DNA from: an uncultured Bacillota bacterium
GTDB taxonomy: Bacteria > Bacillota_I > Bacilli_A > RFN20 > CAG-288
Reading direction: 5' to 3'
Assembly (NCBI GenBank): GCA_949299015.1
Contig: CASFYT010000016.1
Location: 27,066-91,065 of the forward strand
DNA length: 64,000 nucleotides
The notes beneath the pieces were generated by a model. It saw only the letters and a program-made list of their open reading frames with translations. It did no database searches and was not told the origin of the DNA. The translations under genes were made by a program, and so were the position numbers. Positions within the stretch are counted from its first letter, which is position 1. Every line of letters begins with the position of its first letter. Shown piece after piece: positions 56,434 to 64,000 of the stretch.

Positions 56434-58073
56434 AGGACTTCTTTCTCCTGATCCAGGCCATGCGGGCCAACTCCTCGACTGTCGTCCGCAAGCGGAACGG
56501 GAAGAAGACGGTGCGCAGGACGACGATCCTTCCGACCCTCCTGAGCGGAATCATCCTCGGCATCGCCTTCGGCGCGACGCCCCTTTCCGACAGCCTTTCC
56601 CTGCTCGCCCTCGGCGTCGAGAGCAGCATGGTCGCCGAGAACTTCCTCTTTTCCATGGCCTTCATCCTGCTGTATTCCTTTTTGATGAACTGCTCTCATA
56701 TCATCAACAATTTCTTTCTCATCAAAGAAGAGGCTTTCCTTCCACTCCCCATCAAAAGCAAAAAGCTTTTCCTCGCAAGATTTCTGATTTCTTTTGTCTA
56801 TTCCTATTCATCGACCTTCTTCTGCCTCGTCATTCCCCTGGTCGGGCTTCCGATCGCCCTGCACCTGGACGGAGGCGTGACGGCAACCCTCTTCTTCCTG
56901 TCCCTCTTCCTGACGGTCGGCCTTTTCTCGGCGGCCTTCCTCTTCGTCAACCTGATCTATGCCTTCCTTGGCAAAAAGGCCAAGCAGTCGACGTCGACGA
57001 CACTCTCCATCGCCTTCGCCCTCGCATCCGTCCTGCCCCTGCTTGTCCAGACCTTCCTGCCCCTGAACCTGGAATCGGTGGAGAGCACCCTTTCCAGCCT
57101 GCAGGGAATCCTTTCCTTTGCCCCGGCCCTTTCCTGGATTTCCTTCCTTCCCTCTTCCCTGCTTCTTGCCACTCCCCTCTCCTGGCTCTGGACCCTCCTC
57201 TCCTACCTGATCTGCGTTCTCCTTTTCCTGGCCGCCTTCTTCGGAGGCAGCCTCCTCTACGACCGCAACCGGCTGCTGGAGGGAAAAAGGAAGAGGAAGA
57301 AGAAGTCCCGTGCCGATGCCTTGGAGCGGGAGTTCGCCTTCCAGTCCCGCCATCCCCTGCTGTTCGTCATGAAGAGGGAACTCTCCAACTATCGAGGGCG
57401 GACGGGCCTGGTCGTCAACGCCCTCTCGGCCACCTTGATCGTCTTCTTCTCCATGGTCATCACCCTCGCCTCCCTTGCGGCCTCGGACGTCTTCGCCGAC
57501 ATGCCTTCCTCCCTGGCCCTCCTGGTCTTCCTGTCGACGCTCTACTTCGCCCTCTACCAGCCGACGTTCAGCTACGTCTCCTTCTCGCTGGAAGGGACCG
57601 GAATCCTCACCCTCTGCTCGGCCCCCTTCCGAAGACGTTCCTTCCTCTTGGCCAAGCTCGTTCCCGGAACCGTCCTCTCCGTCCTGACGGGGTTCGTCCT
57701 TCTCTTCTCCTATGGATTCGTCCTGCGCTTGGACGCCCTTTCCCTGGTCTTCTCGGGCCTTTCCCTGGTCTCCTTCTGCCTCGTCGCCAACCTCATCTCC
57801 CTCTGCCTTGGAATCCGCTTCGCCCAGTTCTCCTTCGACAACGCTTGGGAGCTGATGAGAAGGGGCATCGGGCCGACCCTCTCTTCCCTGATCCTCTTCT
57901 TCCTTCCCGTCGCCGCCTTGGTCGTGGAAGTCCCGCTCCTCCTCTTCGTTCCCTCGCTTCCGTTCCTCGCTCCCCTCTCCGCCTTCCTCGTCTTCCTCGC
58001 CCTCGTCTATCCCCTCTACCGCCTGGCAAGGCACCTACTGGAGAAGAAGCTTTCCGACAACCTGATCCTCTGA
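56430..58073 (+). CDS. Multi-pass membrane protein, putative permease partner of the ABC ATPase
   Basis: ATGA overlap with the ATPase gene. 547 aa with more than 10 hydrophobic segments. No specific motif recognised. Confidence 0.6.
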   Translation: MKDFFLLIQAMRANSSTVVRKRNGKKTVRRTTILPTLLSGIILGIAFGATPLSDSLSLLALGVESSMVAENFLFSMAFILLYSFLMNCSHIINNFFLIKEEAFLPLPIKSKKLFLARFLISFVYSYSSTFFCLVIPLVGLPIALHLDGGVTATLFFLSLFLTVGLFSAAFLFVNLIYAFLGKKAKQSTSTTLSIAFALASVLPLLVQTFLPLNLESVESTLSSLQGILSFAPALSWISFLPSSLLLATPLSWLWTLLSYLICVLLFLAAFFGGSLLYDRNRLLEGKRKRKKKSRADALEREFAFQSRHPLLFVMKRELSNYRGRTGLVVNALSATLIVFFSMVITLASLAASDVFADMPSSLALLVFLSTLYFALYQPTFSYVSFSLEGTGILTLCSAPFRRRSFLLAKLVPGTVLSVLTGFVLLFSYGFVLRLDALSLVFSGLSLVSFCLVANLISLCLGIRFAQFSFDNAWELMRRGIGPTLSSLILFFLPVAALVVEVPLLLFVPSLPFLAPLSAFLVFLALVYPLYRLARHLLEKKLSDNLIL

Positions 58074-58107
58074 AAAAGGCGCTCCCGACTAGGAGCGCCC
58101 TTTTTTT
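58073..58107. terminator. Bidirectional rho-independent terminator
   Basis: AAAAA-GGCGCTCC-CGACTA-GGAGCGCC-C-TTTTTTT. Confidence 0.8.
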
Positions 58108-58892
58108 CAAGGCAGGACGTTGACCCACCAGAGGTTGAAAAGCCGAATCTTCCACTCCGGTTCGTTTCGATAGACGCGAAGGAAATAGGACCGGCTCTGC
58201 TTGAGGAGCCGGAAGCCCTTGTGCGTGATCAACCGCCCCCGATGGCGATGCTCGACGCTTCTCCCGTTGAGGACGATCGCCTCGCGATAGCCCATCCGTT
58301 CGAAGCGGAGGGCGGTGCTCGCCCCCTCGTTGTAAAGGAAGATGTTCTCGTCGAAGAAGCCGATCTTCGCGAAGAGGTCGTAGCGGAAGAAGCAGAAGGA
58401 TTCTCGGACGAACCCGCAGGTGAAGTATCCTTCGTAGTCCTTTCGGGACCGGATCTTGGAAGAGAAGTTGTGATCCCCTGCCATCGTCGAGGCGAAGGTC
58501 GGAATGTCGTAATAGTTCCGCGTCACCTTTCCCTTCTGCGTCATCAGGGTGGAGCAGGCGGCGATCTCCTCGTGGTCGAGGAGGAAACGATAGCAGTCCA
58601 GGCAGGACTGACGGTCGGGAACGATGTCCGGGTTGATCGTCAGGACGACCCGGGGAGGGTTCTTTCGCAGATGGCGCAGTCCGGCGTTGTTTCCGACGCC
58701 GAAGCCGCCGTTCTTCTCCCGGAAGAGGAAGGTCACGCCTTCGATCGGGACGATCTTCTCGCGCTCTTCCTTCCTCGACCCGTTGTCGACGAGGACGATC
58801 TCCTGAAAGATTCGGAAATCCGAAAGCGTCTTGGCCAGCTGGCAAGCGCGCACCGAGTCGTTGAAATTGACAATGACGGCTGCGAGTTCCAT
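58107..58892 (-). CDS. Glycosyltransferase family 2
   Basis: MELAAVIVNFNDSVRACQ...IVLVDNGSRKEE...GFGVGNNAG (GT-A rhamnosyltransferase-like). Confidence 0.75.
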   Translation of the reverse strand: MELAAVIVNFNDSVRACQLAKTLSDFRIFQEIVLVDNGSRKEEREKIVPIEGVTFLFREKNGGFGVGNNAGLRHLRKNPPRVVLTINPDIVPDRQSCLDCYRFLLDHEEIAACSTLMTQKGKVTRNYYDIPTFASTMAGDHNFSSKIRSRKDYEGYFTCGFVRESFCFFRYDLFAKIGFFDENIFLYNEGASTALRFERMGYREAIVLNGRSVEHRHRGRLITHKGFRLLKQSRSYFLRVYRNEPEWKIRLFNLWWVNVLP

Positions 58893-58971
58893 AAAGCGAT
58901 ACCTCAAGGCAAGGAAGGTTTAGCACTCAGACGAGTCGCTTTGTTCAGTATAGCCTCTTTTCTCCTGCGAA

Positions 58972-59003
58972 GGAAGAAAAAGGCCGCAGTTTCCTGCGGC
59001 CCC
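58972..59003 (-). terminator. Rho-independent terminator after the Wzz-like gene
   Basis: Minus strand reads GGCCGCAG-GAAA-CTGCGGCC followed by TTTTTCTTCC. Confidence 0.7.
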
Positions 59004-59007
59004 GTCT

Positions 59008-60621
59008 TCATTCTCCTTCCTTTTCTTCTGAAGGGACTTCTTCGGTCTTGGCAGAGGATGCTTCCGTTTCCTTTCCGTCCTCCGATTCCAAGGCCTCGGC
59101 TTGAGCCGCAGCAGGAAGGGAGGTTCCCTCGGCCGGGACGAGCTCCTCCTTCTTCCGGCCCTTGATGTACCCGAAGGCCGCCAAGGCGATGGAAGAGACG
59201 AGGTAGCCCAGGACCAGGCCTAAGGCAGCACCCAGGAAGGCGTTGATTCCGCCCGTCGTCGAAACGCGGCCGGGATAGACATAGACGACAGAGGCCTGAC
59301 GGTTCTGATAGAGGGAACGATAGACCTCGTTGACCTTGTCGACGTCCGATCGCAGCGCCGGAACCAAGGCATCGACCTGCTGGAAGAAGGACGTATTCTT
59401 TTCCAACCAGTCTCCCTGGTCCTCAGAGGCCTGGAGGGCCTGAAGATGCTGGATGGCTCCGTAATCCTCCAGCGCAATCGAATCATAGTCCGGGAGGGTG
59501 ACGTCGCCCGCATCGTCGACCTGATAGCCCAGGATCGTCAGCTCGCTCTGAATCGACTGCTGCTGGGCAAGGAGGTCATTCAACTGCTGGATCAGCTCCA
59601 GGTAGTAGTTCTGGATTTCGGATGTAGGCGCCGAGTCCGGGCCGATGAGCGAGCTCAGGGAAGTGATGGCCTGCTGAACGCCCTCGATCTGACGGTTGAC
59701 GTTGCTCAGGCGATAGGAAAGGCTGCTGCCCAGGGTCTGCAACTCTTGGATCCGCTGCCCTTCCTGGCCCGACTCGAAGCGGACGTAGCCGTTGGCAATC
59801 AGCTCGTCCGACAGCGAGACGAAAAGGCTGCCGCTTGAGGAAGCGGAATAGGAGAGGAGGAAGTCCTGATAGAGGCTTGAAAGGGACGACGACGTTCCAT
59901 TCAAGGCGACGCTCGCCGAAGAGCCGAACTCCTGAAGAAGGGTCACGTACACTTCGTCGATCTTTTCGTACTGTTCTTGCATCCGGCTCAAGAGCGCGTA
60001 GGCTTCCATGGAAGAGACGTCCTGGGGAAGGGTATCGGGCAGAAGCTCGTTGGGGATGGCCTGGGAGGCGCGGTCGATGACGTTCTGAATCAAGGCATCG
60101 ACGAAGAGGGAGACCGCTTCGCTGTCGCCAATGTATTCGTTCTGAATCGTGAGGACGTAGGAGAAGTCGTCGGGAGAGGTCACGCTGCCGGCGCTGTCGT
60201 TGGCATACTGGATGGCGATGCCGTTCTCGCGGACGAACCGATCGACATCAATCGAAAAAAGCGGGTTTCCTTCAGCATCCACGCTTTCCTGGACGACCTC
60301 CTCGATGTTGGAGCGGGAGATGATGTCATAAAGCGAGTAGGGACTACCGTCGAGATAGGCGATTTCCTGCAGCTTCCCGTCTTCGTTGTAGATCGCCTCC
60401 ACCGGAAGGTTGAGCTCCACCTGCGACGTCGAGGTCTCACGGCGTGGATTCCAGTAGAGGGAGAGGATGAGATATCCGACGATGGCAAAGACAAGGCTGA
60501 TTCCGAGAATCCAGTACTTGAAGACGTTGACCTGGTGGCAATAGTCGCTCCAGGTGAACCTCTTCCGAGTGTTCTCCCCTTCCTGGATCACGATCACCTT
60601 TTCGTTGTTCTTTTCTTCCAT
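59008..60621 (-). CDS. Polysaccharide chain-length determinant (Wzz/Cps-C type) membrane protein
   Basis: N-terminal TM FKYWILGISLVFAIVGYLILSL, long helical extracellular region, C-terminal TM AFLGAALGLVLGYLVSSIALAAFGYI, and an acidic tail. Start is the Met at 60621. Confidence 0.6.
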   Translation of the reverse strand: MEEKNNEKVIVIQEGENTRKRFTWSDYCHQVNVFKYWILGISLVFAIVGYLILSLYWNPRRETSTSQVELNLPVEAIYNEDGKLQEIAYLDGSPYSLYDIISRSNIEEVVQESVDAEGNPLFSIDVDRFVRENGIAIQYANDSAGSVTSPDDFSYVLTIQNEYIGDSEAVSLFVDALIQNVIDRASQAIPNELLPDTLPQDVSSMEAYALLSRMQEQYEKIDEVYVTLLQEFGSSASVALNGTSSSLSSLYQDFLLSYSASSSGSLFVSLSDELIANGYVRFESGQEGQRIQELQTLGSSLSYRLSNVNRQIEGVQQAITSLSSLIGPDSAPTSEIQNYYLELIQQLNDLLAQQQSIQSELTILGYQVDDAGDVTLPDYDSIALEDYGAIQHLQALQASEDQGDWLEKNTSFFQQVDALVPALRSDVDKVNEVYRSLYQNRQASVVYVYPGRVSTTGGINAFLGAALGLVLGYLVSSIALAAFGYIKGRKKEELVPAEGTSLPAAAQAEALESEDGKETEASSAKTEEVPSEEKEGE

Positions 60622-60702
60622 AGAATTTGTGGCTCCTTGATTCAGACCTATAATATAGCATATTGTTCTTTGTCTACTGCCGACCGCAAAGGAGCTATCC
60701 CG

Positions 60703-61560
60703 ATGATTGTCACTGCCGTAGTCGTCCTCTATCGCCCCGATAGGGAGGAATTCCTCGCAAGCCTCTCCTCCTATGTCCGAGGCCTCGATGCCGTCTTCGT
60801 CCTGGACAACTCCGAGGAAAGCGACGCCGAACTCGTCTCTGAGCTTGCACGCTTTCCCAACGTCCACTACCATGCCTTCGGACGAAATACCGGTCTTTCC
60901 CAAGCTTACAACGAAGGCATTCGGCTTTCACGGCTGAAAAATGCTGACTGGATTCTCTTCATGAATCAGGACAGTACCTTCCTTTCGAATCCCTTGGAGC
61001 GATATCTGAAGGTCGCAAGCGATGACGTCGCCCTGCTCTGTCCCCGATACAGCACGTTCAAGGAGAAGGCTGTGGAAGGGAAAGGCACGACGGAGGTTTC
61101 CTTTGCCCAGACCTCAGGAACCTTCCTCTCTTCCAAGGCTATCGATGAAATCGGTTTCTTCGACGAGAATCTTTTCCTGGAATGGGTCGACGTCGACTAC
61201 TGCATGCGCCTTAAGAAAAAGGGGCTGAGGATTCTCCAGGTCGACGACATCGTCCTGGACCATCGTCCGGGAACCCCGAGGACCGTCCGCCTCCTCTGGA
61301 AGAAGATCACCTATTCCAGCTATTCTCCTCTCCGGAAGTACTACCTGGTCCGAGGGGCGCTCTACCTTCGACGGAAGCACCACCGCCCGTCTCTCTATGC
61401 CAAGGCCCGACTGAAGCTGTGGATCAAGATGTACGCTTTCCGTGAGAAGAGCCTTGCCTTGAGTCGCCTTGCCATCCGTGAAGCAAAGAAGGATTTCAAG
61501 AAAGGTTTCCTGGGCAAGGCCAAGGAACTGCCCGAAAGGAAAGAAAACTCCTCCCGATGA
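60703..61560 (+). CDS. Glycosyltransferase family 2 (rhamnosyltransferase-like)
   Basis: MIVTAVVVLYRPDREE...VFVLDNSEESD...GLSQAYNEG...FMNQDS...VDVDYCMRLKKKG. Confidence 0.8.
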   Translation: MIVTAVVVLYRPDREEFLASLSSYVRGLDAVFVLDNSEESDAELVSELARFPNVHYHAFGRNTGLSQAYNEGIRLSRLKNADWILFMNQDSTFLSNPLERYLKVASDDVALLCPRYSTFKEKAVEGKGTTEVSFAQTSGTFLSSKAIDEIGFFDENLFLEWVDVDYCMRLKKKGLRILQVDDIVLDHRPGTPRTVRLLWKKITYSSYSPLRKYYLVRGALYLRRKHHRPSLYAKARLKLWIKMYAFREKSLALSRLAIREAKKDFKKGFLGKAKELPERKENSSR

Positions 61561-63062
61561 CAAAGACTAGAACGACAAGGAACCTCAAGGCGAACCTGAT
61601 CTTCAACGTGGTCTATCAGGTCCTTGTCCTGATCACGCCCTTCATCGTCTCTCCCTACGTTGCGCGCGTCCTGCTCCCCGCCGGCCAGGGATCGTACTCC
61701 TACGGAAACTCCATCGTTTCCTACTTTTGCCTGGCTGCCGGACTGGGCTTTGCCAATTATGGAACGATTGCCATCTCGAAGTGCCGGGACGACAGGAAGA
61801 AGTACAGTTCCATCATCTGGGAGATGCTCATCGGAAAGGGCCTGCTGACCGGCGTCGTCCTCCTCCTCTATCTTGCCCTGCTCTTCGGAGGCGTCCTCGT
61901 GTCTCCTGGCTATCCCCTCAATACGCTGGAGGTCTACCTTGTCTTCGGCCTGCTGATTCTCTTCAACGCCGCGGACGTCACCTTCATCTTCCAGGGCCTC
62001 GAGAACTTCAGCAGCCTCTGCTATCGGAACATCTTCATCAAGGTTCTCAACATCGCCTTGATCTTCCTCTTCGTGCGCCAATCCACCGACTACATGAACT
62101 ACGTCATCGTCATGACGGTCTGCTCTGTCGTCTCGGCGGCAAGCACCCTGTTGATCCTTCCTCGAAACGTTGCCAAGGCCCCCGTCTCCTGGCGAAACGT
62201 CTTTCTCCATCTGCGCCAGTCCCTCGCCTTCTTCGTCCCGACGATTGCCATGACCCTATCCCCCTTGCTCTCCAAGACGCTCTTGGGAAGCCTGGTCGTC
62301 GAACCGGACATCAGCGGATACTACGAATCCGCCGACAAGCTCGTCTCGATCGTGACGGCCGTGATTGCCTCGGTCAATGCCGTCCTCCTTTCCCGTATGT
62401 CCTATCTTTACGAACAGAAGGACGAAAAGGCCATCCGTCACCTCACGGCGAAGATCAACGAGCTCTACCTCGTCCTGGCCCTGCCGGCCTTCTTCGGCAT
62501 CCTCGCCGTCAATCCCTTCTTCACTCCCGCCTTCTTCGGCGACGCCTTCGCCTCCTCCATCCCCCTCGTCACGTTCTTGGCACCAAAGATCTTGCTCCAA
62601 CCGATTTATAACATCGTCATCTCCATCTACTATCTTCCAAACGGAAAGGTCTCGATAACATCTGTTTTCCTCGTAATTGGAATGGCTTTCAATCTCCTTG
62701 CGACTTATCTCCTGACGACCTATTTCTCGGCTGTCGGAACGGCCCTGGCATCGAGTCTGACGGATTTGCTGCTCGTCGCCCTGTATCTCGGCTTTGCCCA
62801 CAAGGATTTCCGCTTCTTCACGGCTGGAGATGCATTCTGGAAAAGCTTCGACGCCAGTCTGCTGATGTTCCTCGTCTGCTTCTTCGTCTCCCAGCTCCTT
62901 TCCTCGCGCCTCTCCGGACTCTTCGTCTCCATCCTGATGATCGTCCTCGGCGGCCTGACCTATGGACTCCTGCTCCTCCTCTTCCGGGAAACGCTTGTCG
63001 TCAACAACGTCCGCCTTGTCTGGAACAAAATCCGCTCCCTGCTTCACAGGAGGAAGGCCTGA
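61557..63062 (+). CDS. wzx: Polysaccharide flippase (Wzx, MOP superfamily)
   Basis: NLKANLIFNVVYQVLVLITPFIVSPYVARVL..G.YSYGNSIVSYF N-terminus and about 14 TM segments. 501 aa. Confidence 0.85.
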   Translation: MTKTRTTRNLKANLIFNVVYQVLVLITPFIVSPYVARVLLPAGQGSYSYGNSIVSYFCLAAGLGFANYGTIAISKCRDDRKKYSSIIWEMLIGKGLLTGVVLLLYLALLFGGVLVSPGYPLNTLEVYLVFGLLILFNAADVTFIFQGLENFSSLCYRNIFIKVLNIALIFLFVRQSTDYMNYVIVMTVCSVVSAASTLLILPRNVAKAPVSWRNVFLHLRQSLAFFVPTIAMTLSPLLSKTLLGSLVVEPDISGYYESADKLVSIVTAVIASVNAVLLSRMSYLYEQKDEKAIRHLTAKINELYLVLALPAFFGILAVNPFFTPAFFGDAFASSIPLVTFLAPKILLQPIYNIVISIYYLPNGKVSITSVFLVIGMAFNLLATYLLTTYFSAVGTALASSLTDLLLVALYLGFAHKDFRFFTAGDAFWKSFDASLLMFLVCFFVSQLLSSRLSGLFVSILMIVLGGLTYGLLLLLFRETLVVNNVRLVWNKIRSLLHRRKA

Positions 63063-64000
63063 TGGACAGGATCTTCTTGGACGAGAAGGCATCGAAGGTC
63101 TTCGTCCTCCTTCCTTCGCGGGAATGGACCCTTTTCCGGACGTTCGTCTTCGCCTTCGCGGTCCTCTTCAAGTTCATCGATCCCTTCCTCGGCTTCATCC
63201 CGGGCAGGTTCACCCTCTATCTGGGCCTCCTGATGATCCTTTCCCTCTTCTCCCTGTCAGGGGCACGCCCCAGCCGGAAGGCCTCTCTTTCCTTCGCCTT
63301 CCTCTACCTGCTCTCCCTTGTCCTGCTCGTCCTGGGCGAGTCGGGAATCCCGTATTGCGTCTTCTTCGCCGCAAGCATCTATCGGCTCGGCTATCGGAAG
63401 AGCATGCGCCGTGCGTTCTGGATTGGCTTTGCCGCCTTGCTCTTCACCTGTTTCGTCTGCTTTGCCTTCGGCATCAACGCTCAGTACAACACCCTCCATG
63501 GTTCCTTCCTGGAAAACCGCTACGGACTCGGATTCTCCTCGCCGAACACTCCGGGAACGCTGGTGATGCTGCTTCTGGCCCTCTACCTCTGCGGCTACGG
63601 CCGGCTGGACCGAAGGGGCATCGTTCTCTTCTCCGTGACGATCGCCACCCTCTACCTTTTCACGAAGTCGAGGACCATGGTCTTCACCTTCCTCCTTTTC
63701 GCCCTCTGCTACTTCCCCGCCATCTGGTTGACGAAGAGAAAGAAGGGATGGCTCTTCTTCGCCCTGCTTCCCATCCTCTGCACCCTCGCCTCTTTCCTGC
63801 TCGGGCTCTGCTTCAGCGAAGGCCCCGTCAATCATCTCCTGAGCGGAAGGCCCGCCCTCTTCCGCTACTATATCGAGAACCGTCTTCCGGTCCTCTCCTC
63901 GGTCGAAGACGATCCGAGCCTTGCCGGCTACTATCTCGACAATCTCTTCCTGGTCGACATCTACCGAAGGACAATCCTGGCCCTGTTCTTCCTCTTCGCC
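63062..64000 (+). CDS. O-antigen polymerase/ligase-like membrane protein (Wzy family), partial at the right edge
   Basis: ATG overlaps the wzx stop. My translation is open to the window end: MDRIFLDEKASKVF...NRYGLGFSSPNTPGTLVMLLLALYL...LFTKSRTMVFTFLLF. Multi-TM. Confidence 0.6.
   Translation, partial: MDRIFLDEKASKVFVLLPSREWTLFRTFVFAFAVLFKFIDPFLGFIPGRFTLYLGLLMILSLFSLSGARPSRKASLSFAFLYLLSLVLLVLGESGIPYCVFFAASIYRLGYRKSMRRAFWIGFAALLFTCFVCFAFGINAQYNTLHGSFLENRYGLGFSSPNTPGTLVMLLLALYLCGYGRLDRRGIVLFSVTIATLYLFTKSRTMVFTFLLFALCYFPAIWLTKRKKGWLFFALLPILCTLASFLLGLCFSEGPVNHLLSGRPALFRYYIENRLPVLSSVEDDPSLAGYYLDNLFLVDIYRRTILALFFLFA

Overview
GC-rich (about 55-60% by eye) bacterial chromosome segment with Bacillota/Mollicutes-like gene order. 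It uses the standard genetic code: TGA, TAA and TAG each terminate well-supported genes. I call about 60 protein genes, 3 tRNAs and no rRNA or CRISPR.

Housekeeping content:
- pnp, and rlmB with a SigH-like sigma factor
- a replication/repair block: dnaE, polA, a mutM::coaE fusion and a YjbR-like gene
- upp, tilS with an S4-domain protein, rluB, and two tandem ferredoxins
- the dTDP-rhamnose operon rfbABCD
- a sugar ABC transporter
- a Wzz/Wzx/Wzy polysaccharide locus at the right edge
- many lipoproteins: a surface endonuclease I, a 5'-nucleotidase and a collagen-like protein

The stand-out region is 23.3-31.5 kb. It holds a minus-strand operon with ATGA start/stop overlaps, encoding a C5-cytosine methyltransferase, a MutH/Sau3AI-like endonuclease, a ParB-fold protein and a PLD-nuclease::SNF2-helicase fusion. 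A DUF2130-like gene follows.

The methyltransferase gene is split. Its first 128 codons lie on the opposite strand inside a 418-bp segment bounded by perfect 19-bp inverted repeats. A tyrosine recombinase gene starts 70 bp away. Flipping the segment restores one in-frame 415-aa methyltransferase. I read this as a recombinase-driven ON/OFF inversion switch captured in the OFF state. It controls a gene combination I cannot assign to any named defence system.

Other items worth a second look:
- an in-frame TAG inside nnrD
- the Fpg-CoaE fusion
- a collagen-like lipoprotein
- duplicated ferredoxin promoter-gene units
- a sugar permease with a long coiled-coil N-terminus
- recurrent 100-200-bp low-GC, rare-codon patches inside otherwise GC-rich genes

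All calls come from by-eye motif recognition. No database search was possible.
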